Positions 13,501 through 26,540 of a DNA stretch of 64,000 bases are shown here, piece after piece. Below the pieces are notes generated by a model. That model saw nothing but the letters and a program-made list of their open reading frames with translations, ran no database searches and had not been told where the DNA came from. The stretch is from the NCBI RefSeq assembly GCF_009914755.1, contig NC_060937.1; one strand, given 5' to 3'. How positions within the stretch are numbered: position 1 is the stretch's first letter; every line of letters starts with the position of its first letter. The position numbers were made by a program, and so were the translations under genes. This stretch comes from the human T2T-CHM13v2.0 reference genome, Homo sapiens.

Positions 13501-15435
13501 GGCTTTCTCCAAGATGTTGGCCGTGCCGTGGAGAGGACTGGACGCTGGGCCAAGGGTGGCCGCATCCATGGGGCCTGGAGCCTGCGGACTGCAGGAAGCC
13601 ACAGAGTGGGTGGCAGCAGGGGACCTAGGGATGGAGCGAGCCCAGGCTCCGTGGCAGGTGGCCGGGGGCATCTCCCCAAGGCTCTGCCCCTCTGCCCATC
13701 AGGTGGGAGGTGCGGCAGATGGGGAGTCTGGGGGGCCTCCTGCGGAGGAGGGTGTGCGCCACGGAAGGCTGCTGAGCCCTCATTGTGTCTGGTGGGAGGC
13801 GGGCGTCACAGCTGTGCCGAGAGGCCTGCTCTCGCGTGCTGTGGGAGGGGGGAGACGTGGTGAGGGAGAGCTGGGCAGGGACCATGCCGCAGACCCTCAG
13901 GACAGGGTGAGCTGTCCCAGCAGTGGCTGAGCCCGTGCTGCATAAGGGACTTGGCGTGATGTCTGTGATCGTGTCTGTGGTTGGAAGTGACGTCTGGGCT
14001 GGAGCTGACACCCAGCTGGAGCTGTGACAAAGGACAGGATGATCAGGGAAATTGCAGAGAACAAGGGCGAGGATGGAAGCTTGAGGGGCGCCGAGGTGTG
14101 GAGGGGGTGTCGGTGGAAGAACCCTCAGGAGCTGGGCTGGGGCTGGGGCTGGGGCGCAGCTCGTCCCCGAGTCCATGGTGGTGACGCTCAGGAGGCGCTG
14201 GTTCCAGTGGGGAGGTTGGGGAAAGCACTTCCTGATGCCTTTGGGTGTGGAAAGTGGTGGGGGCAGCCAGGCTGGTTCAGTGCAAGGCCTGAGGTGAGGT
14301 TCAGGTGCGGCCCACGGGCTGTGGCAGGGACGCAGCACTCAGCAGGTGCCTCAGGGTTTGTTGGAGGTGAGGGGGTAGCAGAGCCCCTCACACAGGTCTA
14401 GGTTGCAGGTTCATGGCAGCTGGGTAGGGACGGGAAGCTCCAGTAAGATTCACCATGGGATTTTTCACCAGAAACTCCTAGAAGTTAGTTCTGTGTCGTG
14501 AGAATAAAAAAGTTAACATGTCTTTGGCTTCCCATCTGCTGGGGAGTGTGCCCAGTGGCACTGCGGAAACCCAGGCCGGACCTCACAATTGCAGGATGAG
14601 CCTCCTCCCTTCTATCCGGCAGGTGGCCTTCTCCAGGCATTGCCCTGCACCTCGAGGGGCAGCGGGGCTTAAGTCAAGCTCTGTAAATGCGGCACCCGAC
14701 GTCTGAGGCCCGCCACGCTGCAGGTTCCCATCTCCAAAGCCCGTGGTGCTGGGCACGGCAGAGCCGTAGGCGGAGACAGGGAGCCGGGAGGAGCGTCAGA
14801 TGCCTGTGGCCTCTTTACAGCTCTGTCCCCTGCCTTATCTCGCTGGCTCTGCCCTTGGTCATCAGGATGTGAGGCGGTGACGGACACTTCAGTGCTCTGA
14901 CGCACTGTGGCCCCGGGGAAGCGTGGTGTCTGCAGCCTCCTGGGCCTTCCCTTCTGCCTGGCTTCCTCCTCCTCCACCCGTCCACCTGTGTGTCTGGGTC
15001 AGGCTGGCTTCTGCATCTCTGTGGACAGACCTCTCCCCGTGCTGCAGCTGTTTTCCTTGGGTTGAGCACTGAAAAGAGCCCCTTTGGGTTAGGAGGCAGG
15101 TGGACTTCCACTCACATGGAGGAGGAGCCTCCTCTGCCCGGAGGAGACGGTGCTGGGAGAAAATGTAGCTGCAGGTGGAGATTTTCTGATAACCAAGAGT
15201 GGATGTTGTCTGTTTACTGAGTGGAGGTTGGGGCCGGTGCCAGGGTTGTCCATCTCCCCTCTGTCCTGCATGGCATGGTGGCAGAGATACCACCATACTT
15301 CAGAGGCAGCAGCACCCTCGCCGGGTGCCGGATCTCCCAGGGTCCACCTGTGCTGCCCTGCCCTGGGGTATTTGGAGCTGAGTTCCAATTAAGCCAAGAA
15401 AAACAGATTGTTTTACTTAGAATTTAGAAATTCTC

Positions 15436-15733
15436 CTTTTTTTTTTTTTGAGACGGAGTCTCGCTCTGTCACCCAGGCTGGAGTGCAATGGTGTGATCTT
15501 GGCTCACTGCAACCCTGCCTCCTGGGTTCAAGCGATTCTCCTGCCTCAGCCTCCCGAGTAGCTGGAATTACGGGTATGTGCCACCGCACCCGGCTAATTT
15601 TTTTGGTATTTTTAGTAGAGATGGAGTTTCGCCATGTTGGCCAGGCTGGTCTCAAACTTCTGACCTTATGTGATCCGCCCGCCTCAGCCTCCCAAAGTGC
15701 TGGGATTACAGGCATGAGCCATTGCGCCCGGCC
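15436..15733 (-). mobile_element. Full-length AluS element
   Basis: Poly-T followed by reverse Alu; target-site duplication tagaaattctc at 15425-15435 and 15734-15744. Confidence 0.97.
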
Positions 15734-18700
15734 TAGAAATTCTCTTCATAAAACGTGTTTGAGATTGGCACAGGAAGTTTCAAACAGAATCAGGATTCAC
15801 CATAAGAAGCAGATAAATACATTTGAGGCACCCAGGGTGAGTGATCTCAGCGGAATTCCCCTTTAAGCTTCCTAGTAGCGCGTGCAAAAAGGAAAACGTG
15901 TGGATCTAAGACTGTGCACAAACAAAAGCTGTTCTTCTGGGAGGAACCAATCCCTCAGCAATCACACTTGACTCCCTCGAGGGAAAGCTGGAAGGGGAGA
16001 GGGCGTCAGGATGCGGGTCCCGGTGTCTCTGTGCAGCTCATCCTCCTTCAGAGGCCCCTCTGCTTCTGTCCATCCCTCCAATTGCCAGGGGTGTCAGCAT
16101 TTGGGGCCGTGATCAGATGGAGGAAGACTGGCAAGCAGTCACCCCCGACAGGACTCTCTGGCTCAGCCTCCCCAGGAATATGCTGCTCCCCAGGCACAGC
16201 GGAAGACCTGCTGCGTTTCATCTTCCGGCTGCCTGTTTAAAGCAAGGGAGGCCATGCCCCCAGCGGGGTCCCTTGTGCCTGGACCCAAGGCAAGAATAGC
16301 TCAGGCTTGTTCCTTTTTCCTCAAGTTCCTCTCGGGCGGGCACGGTGTGTCGCCTGGACCTGCATGTAAACATCAGGGCGGAGCAGGAATCGGCCTCCAG
16401 GAGGGTAATTGCCTGGCATACTCTGTCCCAGGTAGTGGGTGAAATGAAAGTAAAAAGCCAGCTGGTCCCTCATGCAGATTTTAGGGGACAAAGTTCAGCA
16501 TAGAAAGGTCCTGTTACAAGGAGAGGGTTGTGGCGAGCCCAGGGCAGCGCGCGTCCTCCCCGGCAGCTGATCCTCGCCATGGGGGACGGAAAGGCTGTCC
16601 GGATTTCCGTGGCGGAAATGAAAAGCTACTACCTGTATTCTGAGTGGTGCTCCTGGCTGCTGTCCGTGGCTGAGGGTGAGTCTCCTCGTCCCCTGTGAGT
16701 CCCTCGCAGGTGGTGTGCTCGGAGCAGTCGAGGCGGCCTCTGGGTGAGGCGGCGTGGAGGTGCCCTCTGTGGATGCCCCGTGCTCCACAGGGCAGTCTGT
16801 GTCCCCTGTGGAATTTGCAGTAGCTCAGGGAGTGGGGATGAGAAGCAAATGAGCTTTTCACCCTAAAGTTATCATCTGATCCTAATTTATGTCACAGTTA
16901 CCAAAAGCAAATAACCTCCTTTTGTCTGGCAAGCCTGAGCCTCACAAACTGTGCAAACAGCTGGGGGCTCAGCCTGCACCAGGCTGCCCCGCGTCTTGAG
17001 AGCTCTGATGTCCCGGGGCCATGGCTGCAGGTGCAGGACAGAGACAAGGCCGTGACCGAACACTTTGCTGGTCCCCTTGACCATGGGACACCCGGTGACG
17101 TGCCTGAGGATCGGCCCCGGCACACCGAAGCCCGGTTTATGCAGAGCTTCCCACGGTCAGCCGTGCAGGGAGCTGTGAGCCCCGGCCACTCTTCCTCTTC
17201 CCGTCCCGTGGTCAGTGAGCCCCCAGGGCCGTGCGTGGGGCTGAGCAGGTCTCCTGCCTCAGAAGGCATTTCCTTCATTCCACCTCGAAATCCAGAAAAT
17301 GCCCTGGAACAAGGGCTCGCCCCTTCACTGGCTGAATGCCATCTGTGTGTCTGCCTGGCATGACCTGCGGTCGGGGTCTGATCCTGCCTGTGAAGACACA
17401 GTCTCTGTGAGGATGGGGCCGCGGCCGGATGCCATGTGGCGCTTTCCCGGGGCCCAGAGTGCTGAGTCCTTGTCCTCAGAGTTGCAGCTTTGCTGTTTAT
17501 AAAACTGCATCCACTCTCTTCTGAACTCACCCGTTCTGCAGATGAGGAGAGTCAGGAAGTCACGGAGAGAAATGCGCATCACAGGGTTGTCAGAGCGTCC
17601 CACGAACGGTGCGGGAGGACACAGCAGTAGACGTCAGCACCACCACCGCCCCATTCACACCTGGGCTTCCCCCAAACCTCCCACCTCCCCACGGTCCCAC
17701 TGCCCTCAGAGGACCCACCGCACAGGGGTGTTTAAGACAGTGGCGGTGCTCCCGGGAGACCACGGGGTGTCTCTGAGGACAGGCGGTCCCCTGGGCCCCC
17801 TGGTTAGGACAGAAACGCAAGAGCCACGCAAACCTCTCTGTGACACTGGGGACCCCCTGAGGGAGGGAAGCCCCATCGGAGGGTCTGCTGGGCGGGCCTG
17901 CCTGCCTGTGGGTGGACACTGGGCCGAGGGTGCCAACCCTGCCCACGGGGCCTCAGTCCTGCAGCCGGGTCTGCACTGCGCCCTCACTCCCCTGCCTGCC
18001 TCACAGACCGTGGGGGCTCCCCCGACAGTGGCGCGTACGCTGCACTCTGCCAGGGCCGTCTAGGGTTCTCTCAGGACTGTGGGGATGCCTCAAGGGTGGC
18101 AGGAGCCACTTTTGGCCAATATGCAGTTAGATTTGATAAGAAAACAAGCTGGCGTCCTGCCCAAGGCTCCGGGGAGGTTTCAGGTGGGACTCGGAGCCAG
18201 TGTCGGAGCTGGAGCACATGAGGTCGCGGGGCCACAGCCACCCTGGGCTGCCGCATTTCCATCTCGGTGGGTCCTTTTACACAGATGGCACCCGGTGAAC
18301 TCACTCAGTGGAGCTGCCTTTCCCTGAAGCCATTCCTTCACCCGGCTGCAGGGCCGCAGACAGCACGGGCCGCAGGGTCTCTGCAGCTTGTTCAGGTTCA
18401 GATTGGATGGGGTCCCAGAAGGCATCTCCCTCCACCTGCCCCTTCCAGCGCTTTCCCGAAACGCTGTTGTCTGCAGCCACGCAGAGGGTGGCGTGGGCCT
18501 GGAGCACATGCAGCCCCCGGTGGGGGGCAGGGACCTTGTGGACGCAGCCCAGGGCTCGTTGTCTGCCCCCTGATCCACCCAGCACAAGGTCAGCACCAGC
18601 ACCCATTGGTCTTTTTCCTCTCTTGCTTTTCACTCACTGCTCACACTCCCTTCCTCAGACAAATTAAAACCAAGTCGGAGAGGCCCAGCAGGGGAAGCAG

Positions 18701-19711
18701 AGTTGGCCTTCTGCAGCCGCACAGTTGAGTCCTGGAGTTCAGAGATTTTAGCTGCTCTGCCCAAAACGGTCTGGCAGACTAAGGAGGAGGCCGGGTGTGA
18801 GGTCTCGGCCCGCGCTGCATGCAACGTTTTCACTTCCATGGTAGTGGCAGAGGAAAGGGAAGTCCTCCATACTGTGGCTTGCTGGTCTTTGCACGGTGGT
18901 GAGAGGGTTGGGCGTTGGGCTCCCTCGCCCCCATCCGGCCTCTCATCCCTGTCCAGGGCCTGGAAGGGGCCAGTGTGTGTCTGGAAAGTGTGAAGTCTGG
19001 CAGGGGTATGGGAAGTACCCATGAGCACCATCGCTGTGGGCGGACAGTGGTGGGATTGTCCCCCTCGTCACAGCGGACCTGTGAGAAATGACCAGAACTG
19101 ACCCTGCCCAGCCCACAAGGGGACAGCCTCATCCAAGCAACACACACCCATTGTCACAGTTACTTGGAATCCTGCTCTATATTTTTGTTCTTCAGAGAAG
19201 GGGAAAAGGGCTGGGCATCAGAAGATTGCTCTGAATAAACAGTGTGTTTAGAAGAGAGTCACAGGGTCAGGCTGCGGGGCGAGGAGGCCTCCTTCTGGAG
19301 GTGCACATGCCACTCGTCTTGGGGCTGAGACCAGGAGTTTGCACCGATTCAGAGGGAAGTCGACGGCATCTGTGGCAGCGCACATGTACACACCGTGTGT
19401 GGTGGTGCAGCTGCCTCTGCCCGGGATGCATGATGCTCTCTGTGGTCCTCGTCTACTGTGTTTTTTTTTTTTAATTCTACATGGTGAGCCAAAAAGGTTG
19501 TTAAGCACCTTTGGGGTACAGCCCTGCCATGATAAGAATGTATTTCTAAAATAGTGGAAAGGAAAGTCGTGGAGAAGGCCAGCACCTGCCCGGTGTGGGG
19601 AGCAGGGCCCGGGCACGTGAACCTTTCCCTGCGGAGCTGGTGCCTGTGGGTGCACGGGTGTGGTGCGTTTTAATTCTCGGCAGCTCTGTGCGGCCTGGAG
19701 GGACGTTCTGT

Positions 19712-20862
19712 CCTGAGCAGGGGATGGAGCTACCACACCCGAGTCCTCCCTGAGCAGGGGATGGAGCTACCACACCGGAGTCCTCCCTGAGCAGGGGATG
19801 GGCTACGACACTGGAGTCCTCCCTGAGCAGGGGATGGAGCTACCACACCGGAGTCCTCCCTGAGCAGGGGATGGAGCTACCATGCCCGAGTCCTCCCTGA
19901 GCAGGGGATGGAGCTATGACACCGGAGTCCTCCCTGAGCAGGGGATGGAGCTACCACACCCGAGTCCTCCCTGAGCAGGGGATGGAGCTACCATGCCCGA
20001 GTCCTCCCTGAGCAGGGGATGGGCTACGACACTGGAGTCCTCCCTGAGCAGGGGATGGAGCTACCACACCTGAGTCCTCCCTGAGCAGGGGATGGAGCTA
20101 CCACACCGGAGTCCTCCCTGAGCAGGGGATGGAGCTACCACGCCCAAGTCCTCCCTGAGCAGGACATGGAGCTACCACGCCCGAGTCCTCCCTGAGCAGG
20201 ACATGGAGCTACCACGCCCGAGTCCTCCCTGAGCAGGACATGGAGCTATCACGCCTGAGTCCTCCCTGAGCAGGGGATGGAACTACCACACCCGAGTCCT
20301 CCCTGAGCAGGACATGGAGCTACCACGCCCGAGTCCTCCCTGAGCAGGACATGGAGCTACCACGCCCGAGTCCTCCCTGAGCAGGGGATGGAGCTACCAC
20401 ACCGGAGTCCTCCCTGAGCAGGGGATGGAGCTACCACACCAGAGTCCTCCCTGAGCAGGGGATGGAGCTACCACACCGGAGTCCTCCCTGAGCAGGAGAT
20501 GGAGCTACCACGCCCGAGTCCTCCCTGAGCAGGACATGGAGCTACCACGCCCGAGTCCTCCCTGAGCAGGGGATGGAACTACCACGCCCGAGTCCTCCCT
20601 GAGCAGGACATGGAGCTACCACGCCCGAGTCCTCCCTGAGCAGGGGATGGAGCTACCACGCCCGAGTCCTCCCTGAGCAGGACATGGAGCTACCACGCCC
20701 GAGTCCTCCCTGAGCAGGACATGGAGCTACCACGCCCGAGTCCTCCCTGAGCAGGGGATGGAACTACCACGCCCGAGTCCTCCCTGAGCAGGACATGGAG
20801 CTACCACGCCCGAGTCCTCCCTGAGCAGGGGATGGAGCTACCACGCCTGAGTCCTTCCTGAG
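19712..20862. repeat. 37-bp VNTR, about 31 copies
   Basis: Unit gagtcctccctgagcaggggatggagctaccacaccc with ggggat/ggacat and acacc/acgcc variants. Confidence 0.98.
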
Positions 20863-20922
20863 CTCTTAGACTCCATGCGAGTTCAGTGATGCTTTCTTTT
20901 CTAATTTGCCAATCTCTTAAAC

Positions 20923-21270
20923 CAGCAGTCCCCAATCTTTCTGGCACCGGGGACCAGTTTCATGGAAGATAACTTTTCCACAGATCAGGGGTAGGGATGG
21001 TTTCAGGGTGAAACGGTTCACCTCAGATCATCAGGCATTAGATTCTCATAAGGAGCTCACAGCCTAGATCCCTCGCATGCACAGTTCACCATAGGTTCGC
21101 TCCTAGGAGAATCAAACGCCACTGCTGATCTGACAGGAGGCGGAGCTCAGGCAGTCCTCACTCACCCGCCACTCACCTCCTGCTTACCCCCTGTTCACTC
21201 ACCTGCCGCTCACTTCCTGCTGTGCAGCCCGACCAGTACCGGTCTGTGGCTCGGGGCTTGCAGACCCCTG
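20923..21270 (+). mobile_element. MER1B (hAT-Charlie) DNA transposon relic
   Basis: Termini cagcagtccccaa...cagacccctg; internal cagatcatcaggcattagattctcataaggagc; 8-bp target-site duplication tcttaaac/tgttaaac; small internal duplication near 21160-21220. Confidence 0.92.
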
Positions 21271-22345
21271 TGTTAAACCATTCAGATCTGTGAGAACCTT
21301 GTCTATCCTGAAAGTGCAGGAACTACCACACCCTTCGTCACTTTCTTATGTTTAAAGACCCCTGGAACTTACAGAATGTGGTGGCTACACCAGGTCCAGC
21401 CCTGTCGTGGGATATTTGTTCCAAACCCTGCAGTGTCAGGTAAGTTCGGGGACAGGAGACCACTTTGTCTTCACCCCAGAGAAGCCTGTTTTTCAAGGAC
21501 AAAGTAAAGAGTGTGCTAAGCAAACCCAGTGCAAGTGCTTATCCCACATACGGTGCCTTGAGAAGTGTGACATAATAAACCACCCGGTGGCCGAGGTGGG
21601 GAGCAGTGGCTGGCAGAGACCCTCACACAGTTTCCTTCAGAATCACATGGAGGGGTCTGCTCTTGCAAGGAGACCTTTGCTTTCCATGATTGCCAAGAGC
21701 AGTTCAGAGGACTTTCCACGACTTCTATGTACAGGCACGAATTTTCAGAAAACCAAACTGCTTTCTGTGTGGAGCTAAGAACAAATGAATTAGCAGAAGA
21801 TGACAAAGGTCCCAGGGGTGCTTTTCTTCATCCCGTCCTTCTTCACTTACTTGGGAAGTGTGTGCCCAGCGTCTGCTCTGTGCCAGGCCAGGCCAGGCCC
21901 AATGCTGCAGGGAAAGCAAAGAATCAGTCCCTGTTCCCTAAACAACGGGCAGGGATGACCTGGGGTAAGGAGAACTGGCGTGCTTATCAGCTTTGAGGAG
22001 AGCGCAGCTGGCTGAATGCGCTCCTGAAAACCCGCTGCCTCCTCCCCTGAGCCACCACCCTGCAGCCATGTGACAGTAAACTAGGTGTTTGCTGGTACAT
22101 TGTTGCCACAGAGACAAAAACAAAGAAAGCCTGCTCGGCCTCCGCCACCTGGCTCTGCACCTGGGGCTCTGTACCTGGGTCCAGCTGCTCTGTGGGGCCT
22201 GCAGGAGGGGACGGGACAGGAGCTCTCCTTCCAGGAAGCAGTCTCAGCTGAACTTGAGTGTGGCCACAGCATTGCCCTCACTGAGGCTTTCTGCGAAATC
22301 CGGCCGCCTGCCACCTGCTTCTGTTAACTTTGTACACGTTGTGTG

Positions 22346-22563
22346 GGACCTGATTCGCTGTGTTTTGGGGGGCATCTCCCGGGACCTGATTTGCTGTGTT
22401 TTGGGGGGCGTCTCCCAGGACCTGATTTGCTGTGTTTTGGGGGGCATCTCCCAGGACCTGATTCGCTGTGTTTTGGGGGGCATCTCCCAGGACCTGATTC
22501 GCTGTGTTTTGGGGGGTGTCTCTGAGGACCTGATTCACTGTGTTTTGGGGGGTGTCTCTCAGG
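22346..22563. repeat. 36-bp minisatellite, 6 copies
   Basis: Unit ggacctgattcgctgtgttttggggggcatctccca. Confidence 0.96.
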
Positions 22564-23091
22564 ATACGAACACCTTTCAGACACATTATCCAGTTACAGT
22601 ACTCATTCCACAAGGAAATAATAGCAGATTTTTAAAGTGTGACTTCATTAGAACATTGGAAATTTTATTAGAAGTTGCTAAGTATTTCAAAAATCTATCA
22701 GAAGTTTGCAAATGATTTTATAAAGACAGACCCTCAAGATGACAGCTCAGGATGCAACTGAAATTTGCTTTTTTGAGTGTATTTGGCGTTTGCTGTTTGT
22801 GACCCTGATTTTCATGCTCTGCAGCAGGCTGTGCTCCCTGGCCGGGAAAGGGGGTCATTTGCTCAGAGCCAGGAGCCCTTCCCTGCGGGTTAAGTTACCG
22901 GAAGTCATGTCTGGCAGGGCAGGATTTGGCTGGTTCTGGTCTCAACCACAGCCGACTCCACAGGGCTTGGCCTATGTGGGATTCAGCCCACGAAAACAAT
23001 TTCTTGTTAAAAGCACCTGTCTTACCCTCCCTAGTGATCTCACTGTATTTAAAATATTTATTTAAACAAGGCAAGTATTCCCTTTTTATTA

Positions 23092-23419
23092 CAGGTTGAG
23101 TGCCCCAATTAGAAAATCCAAAATGCTCCAAAACCTGAAACTTTTGAGCTCTGACATGACATCACAGGTGGAAAATCCACACCTGACCCGACAGTCACAG
23201 TCAAAACTTATTTCATGCACAAAATTAAAACAGTGTATAAAATTACCTTCAAGCTACGTGTATGAGGTGTGCGTGAAACATAAATGAATTTTGTGTTTAG
23301 ACTCGGGTCACGTCCCAAATGTCTCATTATGTATATGCACATAGTCCAAACTCTGAAAAAAATCCAAAATCCGAAACATTTCTGGCCTTAAGCATTTTGG
23401 ATATGGGATACCCAGCCTG
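23092..23419 (+). mobile_element. Tigger4b/Zombi (TcMar-Tigger) non-autonomous DNA transposon
   Basis: TA|caggttgag...cagcctg|TA termini; internal aaatgctccaaaacctgaaactttt and aaacataaatgaattttgtgtttagact match the recalled consensus. Confidence 0.88.
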
Positions 23420-24429
23420 TAGGAGATACTTGGCCATGTTTAGTGGGAGCCAATGGATGTATACCTAAGAATCTGCCTAAACCTCGACCGTGCTTCCTGA
23501 TGTCATGAGGCCCAGTCGGAATGTGCCCGACTTCCCCATCTCAGTGAGGGCAGTGGAAGGGGAAGCCGTGCTCCTGTGGGGAGAGCCACCACCCACCCAG
23601 GTGCTCCAGACGTTCCCGCCGTGCGTCTGTGGTGGCCACTTCTCATCCTCAGTGGCTGCACGTCTGTTCCTTGGGAGTGGATTAGGGAAATAAGCGTGGC
23701 CTGTAGGAAGCTGAGTTTGAAGCAGTGAGCTGGGCCCACTGAATAATGATGTGGAAGCTTCTCAGCCCAGTCTCGTTTTTGTGAAATGGACACTGAATAT
23801 TCTAGCTGGGGAAAGGTGGAACTTGGCACTTACGTAACTTACCCTTCTCCCCTTGGTGTTTCGTAGCCAATCATTTTTATTGCATTAGGTCTCCTATACT
23901 GTAAATCTACAGAACATCGGGAACACTGAAAAGTTCACCTCAGTTCTGGCTTTAAAAGCACTGACTTTCACATTATATTTGAGCTGGGACAAAAGAAAAC
24001 ATTTCTCTGCAATGTGTGTTCATCTCGTAAGGGTGTCTACACTGAGGTCAGACCCTGGTGCAAACCCCAAAATACTTACAGTGGCAGCCCCGGCTCAGTC
24101 TCTGCCAAACGTGCGCGGGCATCAGGCAGGAGTCCATGGGCCATGGGGGTGAGGAGAGAGCGGCTCGCTGCCTTGAGAAGCTCCCGCTTCTGCAGTAAGG
24201 TGGCTTTTAAGCCAGAGATTACCACGCGCTGCCGCGGAGGGAGAGGTAGCGCGGGGCATGGGGAGGCCACAGAGAGGCTGTACTGACAGAGGCTGGGGGA
24301 GGATCTGGTGATGGAGACACGATGGCACAGCCCCGGTGAAGCCACGTGATGTCTTCGTGTGAACATGGTGGCGGGGGAGCGCCGGGCACACAACATGGTG
24401 GGTGTTCCTGGGCAGAGGCTTGGTGGGCA

Positions 24430-24850
24430 GTAGGGGCCGACCTGAGGGCTCTGGGGTCAACACCGGTCCAGGAATTTGACTGTTAGCCACAGAGACCGCC
24501 AGGAGGGCTTTTAGGAGATATGTGAAATGAGACTCAGCTTTCAGCAAGGAAATCAGGGAGCAGGTGGCAGTCGGGAGGGACTGCATGGAAACAAGTGGCT
24601 TAGGACCACCCTAGTCGTTCAGGCGTGGGATGAGGCTCCAGGATCGCAGCCACAGAAGTGGCAGTGGGAGGGGAGGGGGAGGGTGCCTGGAGAGAGGTTT
24701 CAGGGCAGGAGGGACGGGGCTTAGGGATGTTTCTTGGAGAGAGGGAGCGAGAAGTCATCGTCAATGGCCCCACGATGTCAGGCTTGGAATTTGGGGTGGA
24801 CGGTGGTGCCATCAGTCAAGAGAGACTTCAGAGGGAGAGGTTAGGTGATC
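24430..24850 (-). mobile_element. Diverged L2 LINE fragment
   Basis: ggagggcttttagg..., gtcgttcaggcgtgggatgag and gggtggacggtggtgccatc follow the order of antisense L2 motifs. Confidence 0.5.
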
Positions 24851-25194
24851 CCATCCCATTTTAGCACCAGAAGTGGCTGTGTGAGCTGGGAATGGGGTCC
24901 TGGGTGAAGATGACACCACAGATACCTTGGAGATCTGCCTCCAGTTAAGAGACGTGTTTGCCTCCTGGGTGGGTAGGATTTTCCCCTCCCTTAGATCGGA
25001 AGGCGAAGAAGGTGAGATCCACAGCTCGATTTCCCTTCAGATAAAAGGCACAATCACAACAGCAGCAAACACACCTTCATTTTAAAGACAGCAGAGGAGG
25101 GGTGGGGTGGGAGGGCAGTACCCAGGACAGGGTCCCAGCCGACCCTCCGCCTTCGTCTTTTTCCTGATTAAAAAAAAGCACCTTCATGCGGGGT

Positions 25195-25540
25195 GTGGCG
25201 CTTGGGACCCCCCAAGCTGACGTCACTGTCTGTGCCGGTGTCTCGGGCAGGGGCAGGTGTGGATGCCAAGCTGACGTCACTGTGCCAGTGTCTCGGGCAG
25301 GGGCGTGGCTGCCAACGGGGCGCGGTGCGTGGGATGCCAAGCTGACGTCACTATGCAGGTGTCTCGGGCAGGGGCTGGCGTGGCTGTCGGCGTGACGGGG
25401 CGCGGCGCGTGGGACGCCAAGCTGACGTCACTGTCTGTGCCGGTGTCTCGGGCGGGGGCCAGTGTGGCTGCCAATGGGGCAAGGTGCGTGGGACGTCAAG
25501 CTGACGTCACTGTCTGTGCCAGTGTCTCGGGCAGGGGCTG
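25195..25540. repeat. CpG-rich tandem repeat (5 units, spacing 54-80 bp), each with a perfect CRE TGACGTCA
   Basis: caagcTGACGTCAct...gtgtctcgggc.ggggc repeated; CREs start at 25218, 25272, 25343, 25423 and 25502. Confidence 0.95.
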
Positions 25541-26460
25541 GCAGAGCTGCCCAGGAGGCTGTCGGTGGGGCAGTTCCTCATGAATCTCTGAGCTGAGTTT
25601 GTAAAAGTGTGTGAGAGTGGGGAAAATATGGGTGAAAATATTTTCAGACATTTGGATTCCCCTTTGGTGAGCTGTCTCGTTTCTTCCCGCTGGTCAGGGA
25701 TGTGGCTGCTTGAACAGCTGGGCGCGGTGACCAATGTGTGGAGAGCCGGGAAGCCTGCGGTGAGGCCGCGCGATGTCCTTCATCCCGGGCAGTAAATCCA
25801 GCCCCGAGGGTGGGGCATCCTCCTGGGCACACGCTCTCCTGCCTGGGGTCGCCGCTGCGGGCAGGACATATGGGCCTCCCAAGCGGTCCCATCTACACAG
25901 GTCGGGTAGAGTGAGTCGGAAAGGCCACCGAGGTTGGGGGCTGCGCAGCCAGTGGGCTGGGCTCAAACCCAGGCCTGCGCTTCCCCTGTGAGCCCAGGCA
26001 GCCCTCGACCTGTGTGTGGCTCGGTTTTATCGCCCAAAAAGGGGAACAACGCCTGCGTCCGTGTGCACCGGGCTGCGGAGACTTCCCCAGGTTTGGCTCC
26101 AGGACGGTCCCCAGGGGCGCCTCCCTCCATCCCCTCCTGTCCTGTCACCTTTCTGCACACGGTGTCGCATCCTCTGACCTGCGTGGCACTCACGTGTGTC
26201 TGCCCCTCCCGTGTTCTCCTCTCCAGGATGCGGCTGTTTGGTGGCACTCCGCTGTGTCGAGGCACTGTGCCCGTGCCCCGGGCTCCCCTCGTTTTACAGA
26301 CTCGCTCACGGAGGCTCAGGGCGTCTCTGAGGGCACGAAGCTCATGTCAGCCAGCAGAATGGGGATGTAGACCGGGGCTCGCTCTCGAGCCTGTCCGCCT
26401 CCTGAACATGCCTGTTTGCTGAGCATATGATTAAGAGAAAGAAGGAAAGAGGGTCCATTT

Positions 26461-26540
26461 GAGAGCTTAGGGCAGCGCCCAGTATACCGTCAGCACTAAG
26501 CTGTATGAGAGCTTAGGGCAGCATCCAGTATACAGTTGTG
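26461..26540. repeat. 46-bp two-copy tandem duplication
   Basis: gagagcttagggcagc..ccagtatac at 26461 and 26507. Confidence 0.8.

Noticed and set aside
15408-15866. ORFs with [17 protein letters not shown]-type peptides (also near 9036, 38992 and 63292)
   Set aside because: Typical translations of Alu sequence.
16326-16431. Possible cassette exon (acceptor cttgttcctttttcctcaag; donors at 16405 or 16432)
   Set aside because: Lengths of 79 or 106 nt would frameshift between phase-1 exons and the donors are modest; unsupported without RNA data.
19712-20862. CRISPR-like appearance (37-bp period, constant plus variable part)
   Set aside because: There are no unique spacers: the units are contiguous near-identical copies. 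No cas genes are present and the context is a primate intron, so this is a VNTR.
22089-22715. 208-aa ORF with DLIRCVLGGISQ repeats
   Set aside because: A frame-preserving 36-bp minisatellite with no supporting splice or promoter context.
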